From a virus (Duplodnaviria > Heunggongvirae > Uroviricota > Caudoviricetes): a DNA stretch of 53,499 nt. Positions 1 through 8,576 of this stretch are shown here, in pieces. Position 1 is the stretch's first letter, and every line of letters begins with the position of its first letter. Position numbers and translations under genes: made by a program. The notes beneath the pieces were generated by a model. The model saw only the letters and a list, made by a program, of their open reading frames with translations, did not search any database and had not been told where the DNA came from. Where the stretch lies: positions 1 to 53,499 of IMG/VR virus record IMGVR_UViG_3300042691_036629. One strand, 5' to 3'.

Positions 1-38
1 AAGAAATTAGAAAAAGAATTTAAAAACAAATAATAGTT

Positions 39-596
39 ATGGTTACAATAGAGAAAAAAACTAAAACAAATTGGTACGTAGTTAGAACAGCTACAAATAA
101 AGAAAAATCAGTTGCTGAGAAAATTCAAAAGCAATCTGAGACAGGTGATCTTATGAATAAGGTTAGTCAAGTTATTGTTCCAACCGAAACATCATTTTAT
201 CTTAAAAATGGTAAAAAGGTTAAACGTGAGAAGGTTAAATTCCCAGGTTATATCTTTGTTCAAACAAACGCAATTGGTGAGTTAAAATACTTCTTAAAAG
301 GTACAAATGGTGCTGGTGGGTTCTTAACCAACAGAGCGGGTGATGTAGTTCCTCTTTCAAATGCTGAAGTTAGTAGAATGATTGGTGAGTATGAAGAATC
401 TAAAATTGAGAAACCAGAAGAAATGAGTAAATATTTACCAGGAGAAGAAGTTACTATTTTAGATGGTCCTTTTTCTAACTTTAATGGTAAAGTTGAGTCA
501 GTTAAAGGTGATAAAGTTAAGGTTGAAGTTTCTATCTTTGGAAGAGTTAATCTAATTGAATTGGGTACACTTCAAATTGATAAAAAGAGAGATTAA
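39..596 (+). CDS. nusG: Transcription termination/antitermination factor NusG
   Basis: NGN domain (WYVVRT..KEKSV, FPGYIFV) plus C-terminal KOW (GEEVTILDGPFSNFNGKV...KVEVSIFGR). Confidence 0.93.
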   Translation: MVTIEKKTKTNWYVVRTATNKEKSVAEKIQKQSETGDLMNKVSQVIVPTETSFYLKNGKKVKREKVKFPGYIFVQTNAIGELKYFLKGTNGAGGFLTNRAGDVVPLSNAEVSRMIGEYEESKIEKPEEMSKYLPGEEVTILDGPFSNFNGKVESVKGDKVKVEVSIFGRVNLIELGTLQIDKKRD

Positions 597-937
597 TTAT
601 AAAGAAATTTTTCATATTTTTCTTCATCTTTTAAATTAATTTCCATTACAGTTTCTTTTAATGGTGTTGTGAAAGTTACTATAACATAAGTTAGGTAATC
701 TGTTTCAACACCATTTAATAATTCATCTAATAAAATATCTCTTTCGGAATCTTTATCTAATCTTTCACCAGTATCAATCCTTAAATTAATTTTCCAAGGT
801 AATCTTTTATTAACATAACTAATAACAGATGTTTTGTAAACATTTGGCTGTCTCATTTGTCTTTTAAATAAGAATAAAGAAAATATTACTATTCTAGTTA
901 TGTATTGGTGATAAACTTGATTAACATCTAATTTCAT
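593..937 (-). CDS. Hypothetical protein
   Basis: 114-aa ORF convergent with nusG and filling the gap; no recognisable motif. Confidence 0.6.
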   Translation of the reverse strand: MKLDVNQVYHQYITRIVIFSLFLFKRQMRQPNVYKTSVISYVNKRLPWKINLRIDTGERLDKDSERDILLDELLNGVETDYLTYVIVTFTTPLKETVMEINLKDEEKYEKFLYN

Positions 938-1121
938 AGCTTATTTATTAAACTATTTACCTTCTGTTTTATCAATTTTGATCAATTTGAAAAGTCTTGG
1001 ATAGTAAATATTTTGTTTTTAGTTTCATAATCAATAGTTTATATATTATCTAATAATAATAATTATTTCGGGAAGCTTTGATTTTACTAAAAAAATGGTT
1101 ATTATTGTAAAAATTTTTTTT

Positions 1122-1655
1122 ATGGCAAGAAGTTCGGAAAAATGGGAACACCAATTTATAATAGCAAAGACCCTATTAGAGTCAATGGAGCCTTATAAGG
1201 ATAATGATGATTTGATTAGATCTTTTTGTGTTGGGTTGAGAAATCCAATTGTTTTTGATAATCAAGTTACTGAAGCTTATCACTTTCTACCTTATAAATT
1301 AGAAGAATATGAAAATGTTAAAGGTCCTCTTACAGAAGATCATTTAATCGGTATTAGTAATATAGTTCTTTATATCTTTAAAAATGAAATCTATAAAAGA
1401 TGGAATACAGTTGAAGATTTTAAAAGAACTTTAAAAGCATTCCAAGTTTTACTTACAGTACCAAAGGCATTAAACGATAAAGGTTCTTATAAACATGGTT
1501 GGCAATTTAATGTTGATAATATTAACGAATGTATAAGTTGGGATGTTAAACTTAAAAATGAGAATATTAACTACCTAATTGATGAATCTGGTAATCAAGT
1601 CTCTGTTGATGATGTTTGGAATGAATGGTATCAACAATACTCTGACTTTTTGTAA
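1122..1655 (+). CDS. Hypothetical protein, weak His-Me-finger-like motif
   Basis: ORF track starts at 1095; ATG at 1122 (MARSSEKW) has the better A/T-rich context. TEDHL...LTVPKALN is only suggestive of an HNH-like fold. Confidence 0.6.
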   Translation: MARSSEKWEHQFIIAKTLLESMEPYKDNDDLIRSFCVGLRNPIVFDNQVTEAYHFLPYKLEEYENVKGPLTEDHLIGISNIVLYIFKNEIYKRWNTVEDFKRTLKAFQVLLTVPKALNDKGSYKHGWQFNVDNINECISWDVKLKNENINYLIDESGNQVSVDDVWNEWYQQYSDFL

Positions 1656-1685
1656 ACAAAACTAGTTTTTAGTTATAAAATAGAC

Positions 1686-1898
1686 ATGTATAAAGAAATA
1701 GATGTTGATTTCATAGAATTCTATGTTAAGAAAAAATATAATCAAAATTTAGACAAATATTTTGAAGTTTCTAGACCCGCTCTATCCGTTTGGAGAAAAA
1801 ATGGAATTCCACAAATTCGCGTAGATGAATTTATGAGAAGAGAAAAATCTTTTGATATTATTGAATTATTTTCAAGAATTTATAAAAGGGAGAGTTAA
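1686..1898 (+). CDS. Small Cro/Xre-like helix-turn-helix protein
   Basis: 70 aa; NLDKYFEVSRPALSVWRKNGIP fits the HTH pattern (VSxxAxxxWxxxGxP). Confidence 0.55.
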   Translation: MYKEIDVDFIEFYVKKKYNQNLDKYFEVSRPALSVWRKNGIPQIRVDEFMRREKSFDIIELFSRIYKRES

Positions 1899-1932
1899 CA
1901 ATTTTATATATAATTATAAAATTGTTAATCTT

Positions 1933-2712
1933 ATGAAAGTATGTAGTAAATGTGGATTAGAAAAAGATTTTAGTGAGTATCATAAATTTAAACATTCAAA
2001 AGATGGTTTAAAGTCACAATGTAAAGTTTGTATTCTTTTAAAAGAGAAAGAAAGAAGATCAACAGATGAATATAAATTAAATCAAAAAGAATATAATCAA
2101 TCAATTCCAAAAGAAATTAAAAAATCAAATAGAAGAAAACACTATTTAAAAAACATAGAAAAAATATCCGAACAAAATAAAAAATATAGAGAAGATAACA
2201 AGGAATATTTTATTGAATATAATAAAAAATATAGAGAGGATAACAAAGAAAAAATATCTGATAAAAGTAAAAAATATAGAGAGAATAACAAAGAATCTAT
2301 TAAAGTATGGAGGGAAAATAATCCTGATAAAATTAAAGGATATAGAGAAAAATATTCAAAATCGGAATCTTGTAAAGAGCACCGAAAAAATTGGTATAGA
2401 TCTATAAAAAAAAGAAGTCCACATGTTCTGGCTTGGCGTACAATATTAAATAATACATTAAAAAGATTTGGTAAACAAAAAGAAGATGAAACTATTAAAC
2501 TTCTTGGATATTCTGCTATACAATTAAAGGAATATATCGAAAGTTTATTTACAGAAGGTATGAGTTGGGACAATTATGGTGAGTGGCATATAGATCATAT
2601 AAAACCAGTTTCATCATATGACTCAGATACACCAGTTGATGTTGTAAATTCTCTTGAAAATTTACAACCCTTATGGGCTTTTGATAATCTAAGTAAAGGA
2701 AATAAAATATAA
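1933..2712 (+). CDS. Freestanding HNH endonuclease (copy 1)
   Basis: N-terminal CSKC...SKDG...CKVC Zn ribbon, 15-aa KKYRExNKE repeats, C-terminal WDNYGEWHIDHIKP...NSLENLQPL...N; ATG 1933 preferred by alignment with the other two copies. Confidence 0.85.
   Translation: MKVCSKCGLEKDFSEYHKFKHSKDGLKSQCKVCILLKEKERRSTDEYKLNQKEYNQSIPKEIKKSNRRKHYLKNIEKISEQNKKYREDNKEYFIEYNKKYREDNKEKISDKSKKYRENNKESIKVWRENNPDKIKGYREKYSKSESCKEHRKNWYRSIKKRSPHVLAWRTILNNTLKRFGKQKEDETIKLLGYSAIQLKEYIESLFTEGMSWDNYGEWHIDHIKPVSSYDSDTPVDVVNSLENLQPLWAFDNLSKGNKI
2176..2310 (+). repeat. Three 45-bp coding tandem repeats (xKKYRExNKExxxxx)
   Basis: aaaaaatatagaga..ataacaa.gaa recurs with a 45-bp period inside the HNH gene. Confidence 0.8.
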
Positions 2713-2730
2713 AAAATAATTCAAATAAAA

Positions 2731-3597
2731 ATGATTTCATACATGGGAGCCAAAGGCGGCGCAATGGGTAAGTGGATTGAAGAATTTATACCAAAAGATA
2801 TAAAAATATTTTCAGAACCATTTAGTGGTATGTTTAACGTATATTTAACAATGGATTTAGATAAATATACAAACTTAGAAAAAGTAATTTATAATGATTT
2901 TAATGTATTAAATGCCAATATATTTGCATGTGCTAGAAATTATAAAAAATTTTATTCATATTTAGAAAAACAAGAATGTCAACAAAAAAGAATTGATAAC
3001 TCTCCAACAGATTCAAAATTTAAGGAATGGTTTAATCAGTATCAAAAAGAGATATTTACTAATCAACCAAAATTAGATATGGATAATCCAGATTATGAGA
3101 GTGCTGTTAAATACTCGTATGTATTATCCCAAGTTTTTTCGGGTTCTAAACCAGAAACTAGTTCATTTATAGATTTAAAAGGTAAGTATAATTGTAAGTT
3201 TGAATCATTCAGAAAAAAAATGAATGGTACTAACCACGGAAAAAGTATATTAAAACATCTTGATGGTATTACAAATGTTGAAAGTATGGACTTTGAAGAT
3301 TTGATGTTAAAATATGATAGTCCAGAAACTTATTTTTATTTAGATCCTCCGTATTATAACTGTGAAACATATTATAGCAATCATGAATTTGGGTTGCAAA
3401 CACATAAGAGGTTAGCTGATTGTATTAAAAAGTTAAAGGCTAAATGGTCTCTATCTTATTACTACTTCCCAGAATTAGAAGAGTGGTTTCCAAAAGATAA
3501 GTACCGCTGGGAAGAAAAAGAATTTAATAAAATATCAGGTGCTAAAAAAGGTCAAGAAACCAAAAAGGGTACTGAACTTTTAATTATGAATTACTAA
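2731..3597 (+). CDS. DNA adenine methyltransferase, D12/Dam-like
   Basis: SYMGAK, EPFSG (motif I), YND, catalytic YLDPPY, C-terminal TELLIMNY. Confidence 0.9.
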   Translation: MISYMGAKGGAMGKWIEEFIPKDIKIFSEPFSGMFNVYLTMDLDKYTNLEKVIYNDFNVLNANIFACARNYKKFYSYLEKQECQQKRIDNSPTDSKFKEWFNQYQKEIFTNQPKLDMDNPDYESAVKYSYVLSQVFSGSKPETSSFIDLKGKYNCKFESFRKKMNGTNHGKSILKHLDGITNVESMDFEDLMLKYDSPETYFYLDPPYYNCETYYSNHEFGLQTHKRLADCIKKLKAKWSLSYYYFPELEEWFPKDKYRWEEKEFNKISGAKKGQETKKGTELLIMNY

Positions 3598-3791
3598 TGA
3601 GTTATCAAATTGATAGTGATGGATTTGTAATATACAAAGGTGTTAAGTTGAGTTTAACGGTTGAACAGTTAAGTGATACTCGAATAATAACTGGTATATC
3701 AAGTGAAAAGTTGATTGAATATCAATACAAAAGAGAGATTGTTGAGATAAGAGATAAGAAGATAGATGAAATAATAAAACCACTCGATTGA
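3597..3791 (+). CDS. Small hypothetical protein with C-terminal RDKKIDEII tag
   Basis: 64 aa, start overlaps the methylase stop (taatg), followed by a terminator. Confidence 0.7.
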   Translation: MSYQIDSDGFVIYKGVKLSLTVEQLSDTRIITGISSEKLIEYQYKREIVEIRDKKIDEIIKPLD

Positions 3792-3800
3792 GTGGTTTTA
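3775..3800. terminator. Bidirectional intrinsic terminator
   Basis: taaaaccactc-gatt-gagtggtttta perfect 11-bp inverted repeat between convergent genes. Confidence 0.8.
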
Positions 3801-3814
3801 TTTTAAGTTTAAAA

Positions 3815-5221
3815 TTAAATCCTCCTAATTCCAGGCACAAACCCATATTTAAAGTTTTTCTTTGCCCATTCATAATCATCTTTATTCAATGGATTATCAT
3901 CGTTGCAACTTCCAGCCCAATAATAACCTTTTACTTCTTTAGGACCTTCTTTTAATGATTTTATCCTATTTCTATCACAATTAAAATTACCTCCTATTGA
4001 TCTTGGTGATCCTTCTAAAGAAGTTAATATATTAAATGAACAATCAAAACTACCACTAACTTTTCCAAATTTAAGAGGAATTTTTTTCAAACCATTATTA
4101 CTAATATTTACCGTTCCATCAACATCAACTGTTCCATCTGAGTTAATTTTATAATTCTTAATACCGAGTTCTGAACAAATTCCATCAATACCAAGATCTT
4201 TTTCATCTAAATCAACAACATATTTATCTTCCTGATCATTATAAACTCTATTATTTAGACAGAAAGTTCCAATTGACTTATTAAAATATTCATTTAATAT
4301 ATTATCAACCGTTTTTTTAAATTCACTTCTATTAACACCATACATATGTTTACTCGTATATAAATTAGTTATATCACGATCTAAACCATCCTCGATGTAT
4401 AATCCCTCTTCTTCATATTTTCTCTCCATTTCAGGACTTATTTCTTTATGAGTAGCTACAACTTTACCTGATCTATCTTTAACAGTATAAAGAGTAGGAT
4501 GGTATGGTTTTATATTCAAAACACCCAATGGGTTATTAATGTTTTTATCATTTTTATTTATCAAATAAGATATTAGTGATCCTTCTTGAACTTCTTTAAT
4601 TAAATACTTGACATTAACACCATCACTTTTATATTTCATTATCTTATCGTTAATTTCTCTTATTTTCTTATCATCATTAGATTTCTTAGCACTTTCTAAT
4701 TCATCCATTAATTTAGTTAAACGATTAGATTTATCTGTTCCAATTGTCATACAATTTGTCCAATTTCTATCTGTATCGGATCCAGTAATATCATATGGGT
4801 GTCTTGATATAACAACTAAAAGATCTTCTTTTGAAGTAGATGTTAAGGCTTTTCTTTTCTCATCCTCGACAAACTTTTTATTTAAATCTTCATTTTTAAA
4901 TCTAGTTAACAACTTACCAATTGTGGTTTCGTTTTTAGAATTATTAAACTTAGCACTTCCTTTAACATAATCAACAATCTGACAATCATTTTCTTTTAGA
5001 AATTTATCAATCTCTTCATGAATTTTTGAGACATATCCTTTTATTTCCTCTTTAACTAAAGGTATATAAATACGATAGTAATTTTTATCATGCTCATACT
5101 TATCACCAAGTTTCTTAAAAATATCTAAATATCTTTCCCTATCAAATTCTTTAACATATTCCCTAAATTGACTAGGTTTTAAAGCTTCGTTAAAATTTTT
5201 AAAACTATTTAAATGTTTCAT
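3815..5221 (-). CDS. Putative virion-internal protein with C-terminal phage-type leucine-rich repeats
   Basis: N-terminal MKHLNSFKNFNEA tag; ISRHPYDITGSDTDRNWTNCM block; C-terminal LKKIPLKFGKVSGSFDCSFNILTSLEGSPRSIGGNFNCDRNRIKSLKEGPKEV repeats. Confidence 0.7.
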   Translation of the reverse strand: MKHLNSFKNFNEALKPSQFREYVKEFDRERYLDIFKKLGDKYEHDKNYYRIYIPLVKEEIKGYVSKIHEEIDKFLKENDCQIVDYVKGSAKFNNSKNETTIGKLLTRFKNEDLNKKFVEDEKRKALTSTSKEDLLVVISRHPYDITGSDTDRNWTNCMTIGTDKSNRLTKLMDELESAKKSNDDKKIREINDKIMKYKSDGVNVKYLIKEVQEGSLISYLINKNDKNINNPLGVLNIKPYHPTLYTVKDRSGKVVATHKEISPEMERKYEEEGLYIEDGLDRDITNLYTSKHMYGVNRSEFKKTVDNILNEYFNKSIGTFCLNNRVYNDQEDKYVVDLDEKDLGIDGICSELGIKNYKINSDGTVDVDGTVNISNNGLKKIPLKFGKVSGSFDCSFNILTSLEGSPRSIGGNFNCDRNRIKSLKEGPKEVKGYYWAGSCNDDNPLNKDDYEWAKKNFKYGFVPGIRRI

Positions 5222-5257
5222 ATTTTTATTTTTTTTTTATATTTTTATTTTTTTATA

Positions 5258-6100
5258 TTATAAACTAATTATAACTTTTTCACCTTCAGCTACTATATTT
5301 TCACTTGGTATATAATCTAAATGATCTCTTAAAAGATCAACAAATCTATCTAAGAATTCTTTAGATGCATCTTTTATATTTATTGAAATTCCAGATGTGT
5401 AAAGTTTATTATCTAATTCCAAACTTCCAAATAATTTAACTGAATTAAATAAAAGAAATGTATTATAACTAAAAGAATATCCTTCATCTTCAATAAGATA
5501 TGATATTGTGTTAATATCTTTTAATAAATCTTTAATTTCTTCATTATTTTTTTTGATATCCTCTTCACTTTTACCATCATTTATGTATTCTGATAATGAG
5601 AATAATTTATTTAAAAATTTACATTCTTTTTCATAATCATCTTTATCGATAACTTTCCATATATCCGAATTAGTTTCTACATATCCATTTGATTTCAAAA
5701 ATCCATGTATAAAAGTCTTAATTTCATTATCATAACCTTTGAATTTATTACAATTAACATCTCGACCCATCTGTATGTCACTTCTAGTTGTGATTTTTCT
5801 CCTAATTTTACTTCTAAGTGTGTTTCTATCAAGTCCTCTGTTATTTATCTCATTCAAAAGTTGATCCATAAGTTCACTCAACTGATTGAATGATGCTAAT
5901 ATTATTTTTGTGTATTGTTCATTAGTAAGATTTCTTCCTATATACTTACACTCATGTGTTATATCACTTACTCTAGGATCCCCAATGGTCCAGTATTTAT
6001 TGCTCTCACCTGCGTAATTAGCGCTAGTCAATTGAACTAAGAACTTATCGCTTATTACTGTTAAATCAGTTGCCTCATTAAAATTTTTTAAATATTTCAT
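5258..6100 (-). CDS. Hypothetical protein with MKYLKNFNEA N-terminal tag
   Basis: 280-aa ORF in a tandem minus-strand cluster sharing the tag. Confidence 0.75.
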   Translation of the reverse strand: MKYLKNFNEATDLTVISDKFLVQLTSANYAGESNKYWTIGDPRVSDITHECKYIGRNLTNEQYTKIILASFNQLSELMDQLLNEINNRGLDRNTLRSKIRRKITTRSDIQMGRDVNCNKFKGYDNEIKTFIHGFLKSNGYVETNSDIWKVIDKDDYEKECKFLNKLFSLSEYINDGKSEEDIKKNNEEIKDLLKDINTISYLIEDEGYSFSYNTFLLFNSVKLFGSLELDNKLYTSGISINIKDASKEFLDRFVDLLRDHLDYIPSENIVAEGEKVIISL

Positions 6101-6110
6101 ATTTTACTCT

Positions 6111-7073
6111 TTATTTCTTATAAAATTCTTCTATTTTATCAACTCTTATTAATAATACATTAGAGTCAGTCCAAATTTCATGTCCTGGAGTTGGTTCTTT
6201 TAAATCATAAATTTTTTCATCATCATTATATGTATTCCCTCTATATTCATATGATGGTAAATTTCCAAATGATTTTTTATATTCTAAATAACTCATTTTC
6301 TTAATACCCATAGATTCTGGTGAGAATAAAGTATTTAGAACATCAATAGTTAAAGGTTTTTTTGGATTTTCCGAGAAAACCCAACTATCACCGGATGTAT
6401 CAACTTTACTACAAAATTCTAAAACATCTTCCCAATCTTCAATGGAATCAGCAGCTCGATTGGTCGATGACCTCATCCATGATTCGAAATCAATAGGATC
6501 ATCCGGATACATTAATTCATCTTTTGATTTTGGAATCCTTATAATATTCAGTTTTGATATATTATTAATATCAATATTTTGATTTATTTTATTACCTATC
6601 AAAACATTTAATAATTTTGAAAACTCATGAGTCAACTCGACATTGTGCATATCAAAATTAGGAACTATTCCCCAATTAGATCCATTAAAAGGGATAACCC
6701 TATATAAGTTATTTCTATATTCCATAAAAGTTCTCATTGAAGTTGAGCATATTAATTGTCTTTTTGGATAAGAACTCCAAGAGTTTAAATGATTTATAAG
6801 AGGAGTGTGTAGATAATTTTTACCAGAAACTCCTTGCATACTTTTTCTATAAGTAACACCATCATGTTTATATGAATTCCTAGGACTCCAATATGATGAA
6901 TTTACATAAAGATATGAATCATTAGATGAAATTGATCTGTATATGGGTCTATCTTCCCATTTAAAATCAGAACATTTTTCTTTTAAAATTCTTTCGAATT
7001 CTTCTTTAGTTAAACTTTTATTTTCATTTAAATTGAAATTTTCATAAAGTTTCAAATATTTTAAATATCTCAT
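6111..7073 (-). CDS. Hypothetical protein with MRYLKYLKLYENFNLNE N-terminal tag
   Basis: 320-aa ORF; AATATATA motif upstream (7092-7099, minus strand). Confidence 0.75.
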   Translation of the reverse strand: MRYLKYLKLYENFNLNENKSLTKEEFERILKEKCSDFKWEDRPIYRSISSNDSYLYVNSSYWSPRNSYKHDGVTYRKSMQGVSGKNYLHTPLINHLNSWSSYPKRQLICSTSMRTFMEYRNNLYRVIPFNGSNWGIVPNFDMHNVELTHEFSKLLNVLIGNKINQNIDINNISKLNIIRIPKSKDELMYPDDPIDFESWMRSSTNRAADSIEDWEDVLEFCSKVDTSGDSWVFSENPKKPLTIDVLNTLFSPESMGIKKMSYLEYKKSFGNLPSYEYRGNTYNDDEKIYDLKEPTPGHEIWTDSNVLLIRVDKIEEFYKK

Positions 7074-7104
7074 ATTAAAATTTTATTTTTATATATATTT
7101 TTTT

Positions 7105-7461
7105 TCATTTATAAAATGAATAACTTGCTGAAGTTATTTTTTCTTCACCTTCATCCGTATCAGTACCAATCTCAAAATATGATAATTGGTATCCGTTAGA
7201 TTTCATATGACCAATTACTGATTTCATATGATAGTAAACCTTCTCTAAGTCTTTAAAATCATTAATAGGTATAATGATTTGAAAATCATTTTTATCAAAA
7301 TCGTCTATCTCATTATTATCAATAATATCTTGCATTGTTATTTCATCACCATCACCATGTAAATATATATCATAATGATCCATTAGATCTTGTAAATAAT
7401 CAACTAAATCAATTAGCTGAAACTCTTCTGAACTTTCGTTAAATTTTTTTAAATGTTTCAT
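7105..7461 (-). CDS. Acidic hypothetical protein with MKHLKKFNES tag
   Basis: 118 aa, start overlaps the stop of the upstream gene. Confidence 0.75.
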   Translation of the reverse strand: MKHLKKFNESSEEFQLIDLVDYLQDLMDHYDIYLHGDGDEITMQDIIDNNEIDDFDKNDFQIIIPINDFKDLEKVYYHMKSVIGHMKSNGYQLSYFEIGTDTDEGEEKITSASYSFYK

Positions 7462-7853
7462 AATTTATTTAATTTTATATTTATTTCCAAACTCGGTGAT
7501 TTTGTTAATGTCTTTTTTATTTCATATTCTGGGTATTCATCTAATAATCTATTAATACTACTATCAACTCTTTGTGATATTTTTAACCAATTTTCAAAAA
7601 ACTCAGTTATCTCAGTATCATTACTATTATATTGACTTGGGTTATAATACCATTGATTAAATGGTTTGTCTATATCAAAACCAATTGAACTTTTCAACCA
7701 AGTTGATATAACTAATCGATAATTAACACTCTTTTTATATGAATATTCACATCTGAAATTATCATCTTCTATTACTTCTCTGAAACAACTTTCGATATAC
7801 TCAATATCCAATTCGTTTTCACTACTTTCATTAAATTTCTTTAAATATTTCAT
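7458..7853 (-). CDS. Hypothetical protein with MKYLKKFNES tag
   Basis: 131 aa; AATATATA 5 bp upstream of the ATG. Confidence 0.75.
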   Translation of the reverse strand: MKYLKKFNESSENELDIEYIESCFREVIEDDNFRCEYSYKKSVNYRLVISTWLKSSIGFDIDKPFNQWYYNPSQYNSNDTEITEFFENWLKISQRVDSSINRLLDEYPEYEIKKTLTKSPSLEINIKLNKL

Positions 7854-7893
7854 AATTCTATATATTAATTCTCACTATTCAAAATTAATTTCC

Positions 7894-7901
7894 TATATTT
7901 G
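7894..7901 (+). promoter_or_regulatory. Bacteroidota-type -7 promoter element TATATTTG
   Basis: Matches TAnnTTTG, 13 bp upstream of ATG 7915; no clear -33 TTTG. Confidence 0.45.
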
Positions 7902-7914
7902 TAAAAAGTATTTT

Positions 7915-8322
7915 ATGTTAAGAGAAGATAATTCAGGATTTGTAATATTTCCAACAAGAACCTCCACGAGGTTTAAAAGATTAGAAGCAGGTAAAACACT
8001 TGTTTATTTCGTTGCATTTGATATTGAAGATATTAATAGAGGTAAATACTGCCTTTCAAATCTTAACTTAGAATTACCTGGTGAATTCGTCGCAGACGAT
8101 ATTTCAAAAAATAATATTTATTTTGATAAAGACGGTTTGTCAATTCAATTAACTACTTCTATTTGTGTTGGGTGGTCAAATTATTCTTATGAAGATAATG
8201 ATGGATCTGATTGGGTTGCTACTTTTGATAAGTTAAGTAATGAGGGTAAGAAACTTTATTACTCTTTAAGAAAGTTACACAATAACAAAGAAATAAGAAT
8301 TTTAACATTTAATAATTACTAA
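7915..8322 (+). CDS. Hypothetical protein
   Basis: 135-aa ORF starting a plus-strand block. Confidence 0.7.
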   Translation: MLREDNSGFVIFPTRTSTRFKRLEAGKTLVYFVAFDIEDINRGKYCLSNLNLELPGEFVADDISKNNIYFDKDGLSIQLTTSICVGWSNYSYEDNDGSDWVATFDKLSNEGKKLYYSLRKLHNNKEIRILTFNNY

Positions 8323-8325
8323 AAA

Positions 8326-8357
8326 TTTGGTGATTTAGAATAAACTTATTATATTTG
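8326..8357 (+). promoter_or_regulatory. Bacteroidota primary-sigma promoter
   Basis: TTTG (8326-8329), 20-bp spacer, TATATTTG (8350-8357): full match to the -33/-7 consensus, 24 bp upstream of ATG 8382. Confidence 0.7.
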
Positions 8358-8381
8358 TTAAACAAATAAAAAATAGAAACA

Positions 8382-8555
8382 ATGGGAGACGCAATTTTAA
8401 ACACTATAACATATATGATATTAATTATCTTTATGATTGGTTTTGGAGTTATTATAACTATTGGTCTTTATAAGTTTATTAATGAAGATTTATTGGGTAA
8501 CAAACCAAAGAAAGATTTTAAAGTTACTAAACCTAACAGAAGTATAAGAAAATAA
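8382..8555 (+). CDS. Small single-pass membrane protein (57 aa, missing from ORF track)
   Basis: Own translation: MGDAILNTITYMILIIFMIGFGVIITIGLYKFINEDLLGNKPKKDFKVTKPNRSIRK; directly downstream of the promoter. Confidence 0.7.
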   Translation: MGDAILNTITYMILIIFMIGFGVIITIGLYKFINEDLLGNKPKKDFKVTKPNRSIRK

Positions 8556-8576
8556 AAATTTAAATTTATATAAATT

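Noticed and set aside
950-1028. Short minus-strand ORF MKLKTKYLLSKTFQIDQN (18 aa), or a frameshifted ...QNIYYPRLFKLIKIDKTEGK
   Set aside because: Too short, and the longer version requires an unsupported homopolymer frameshift.
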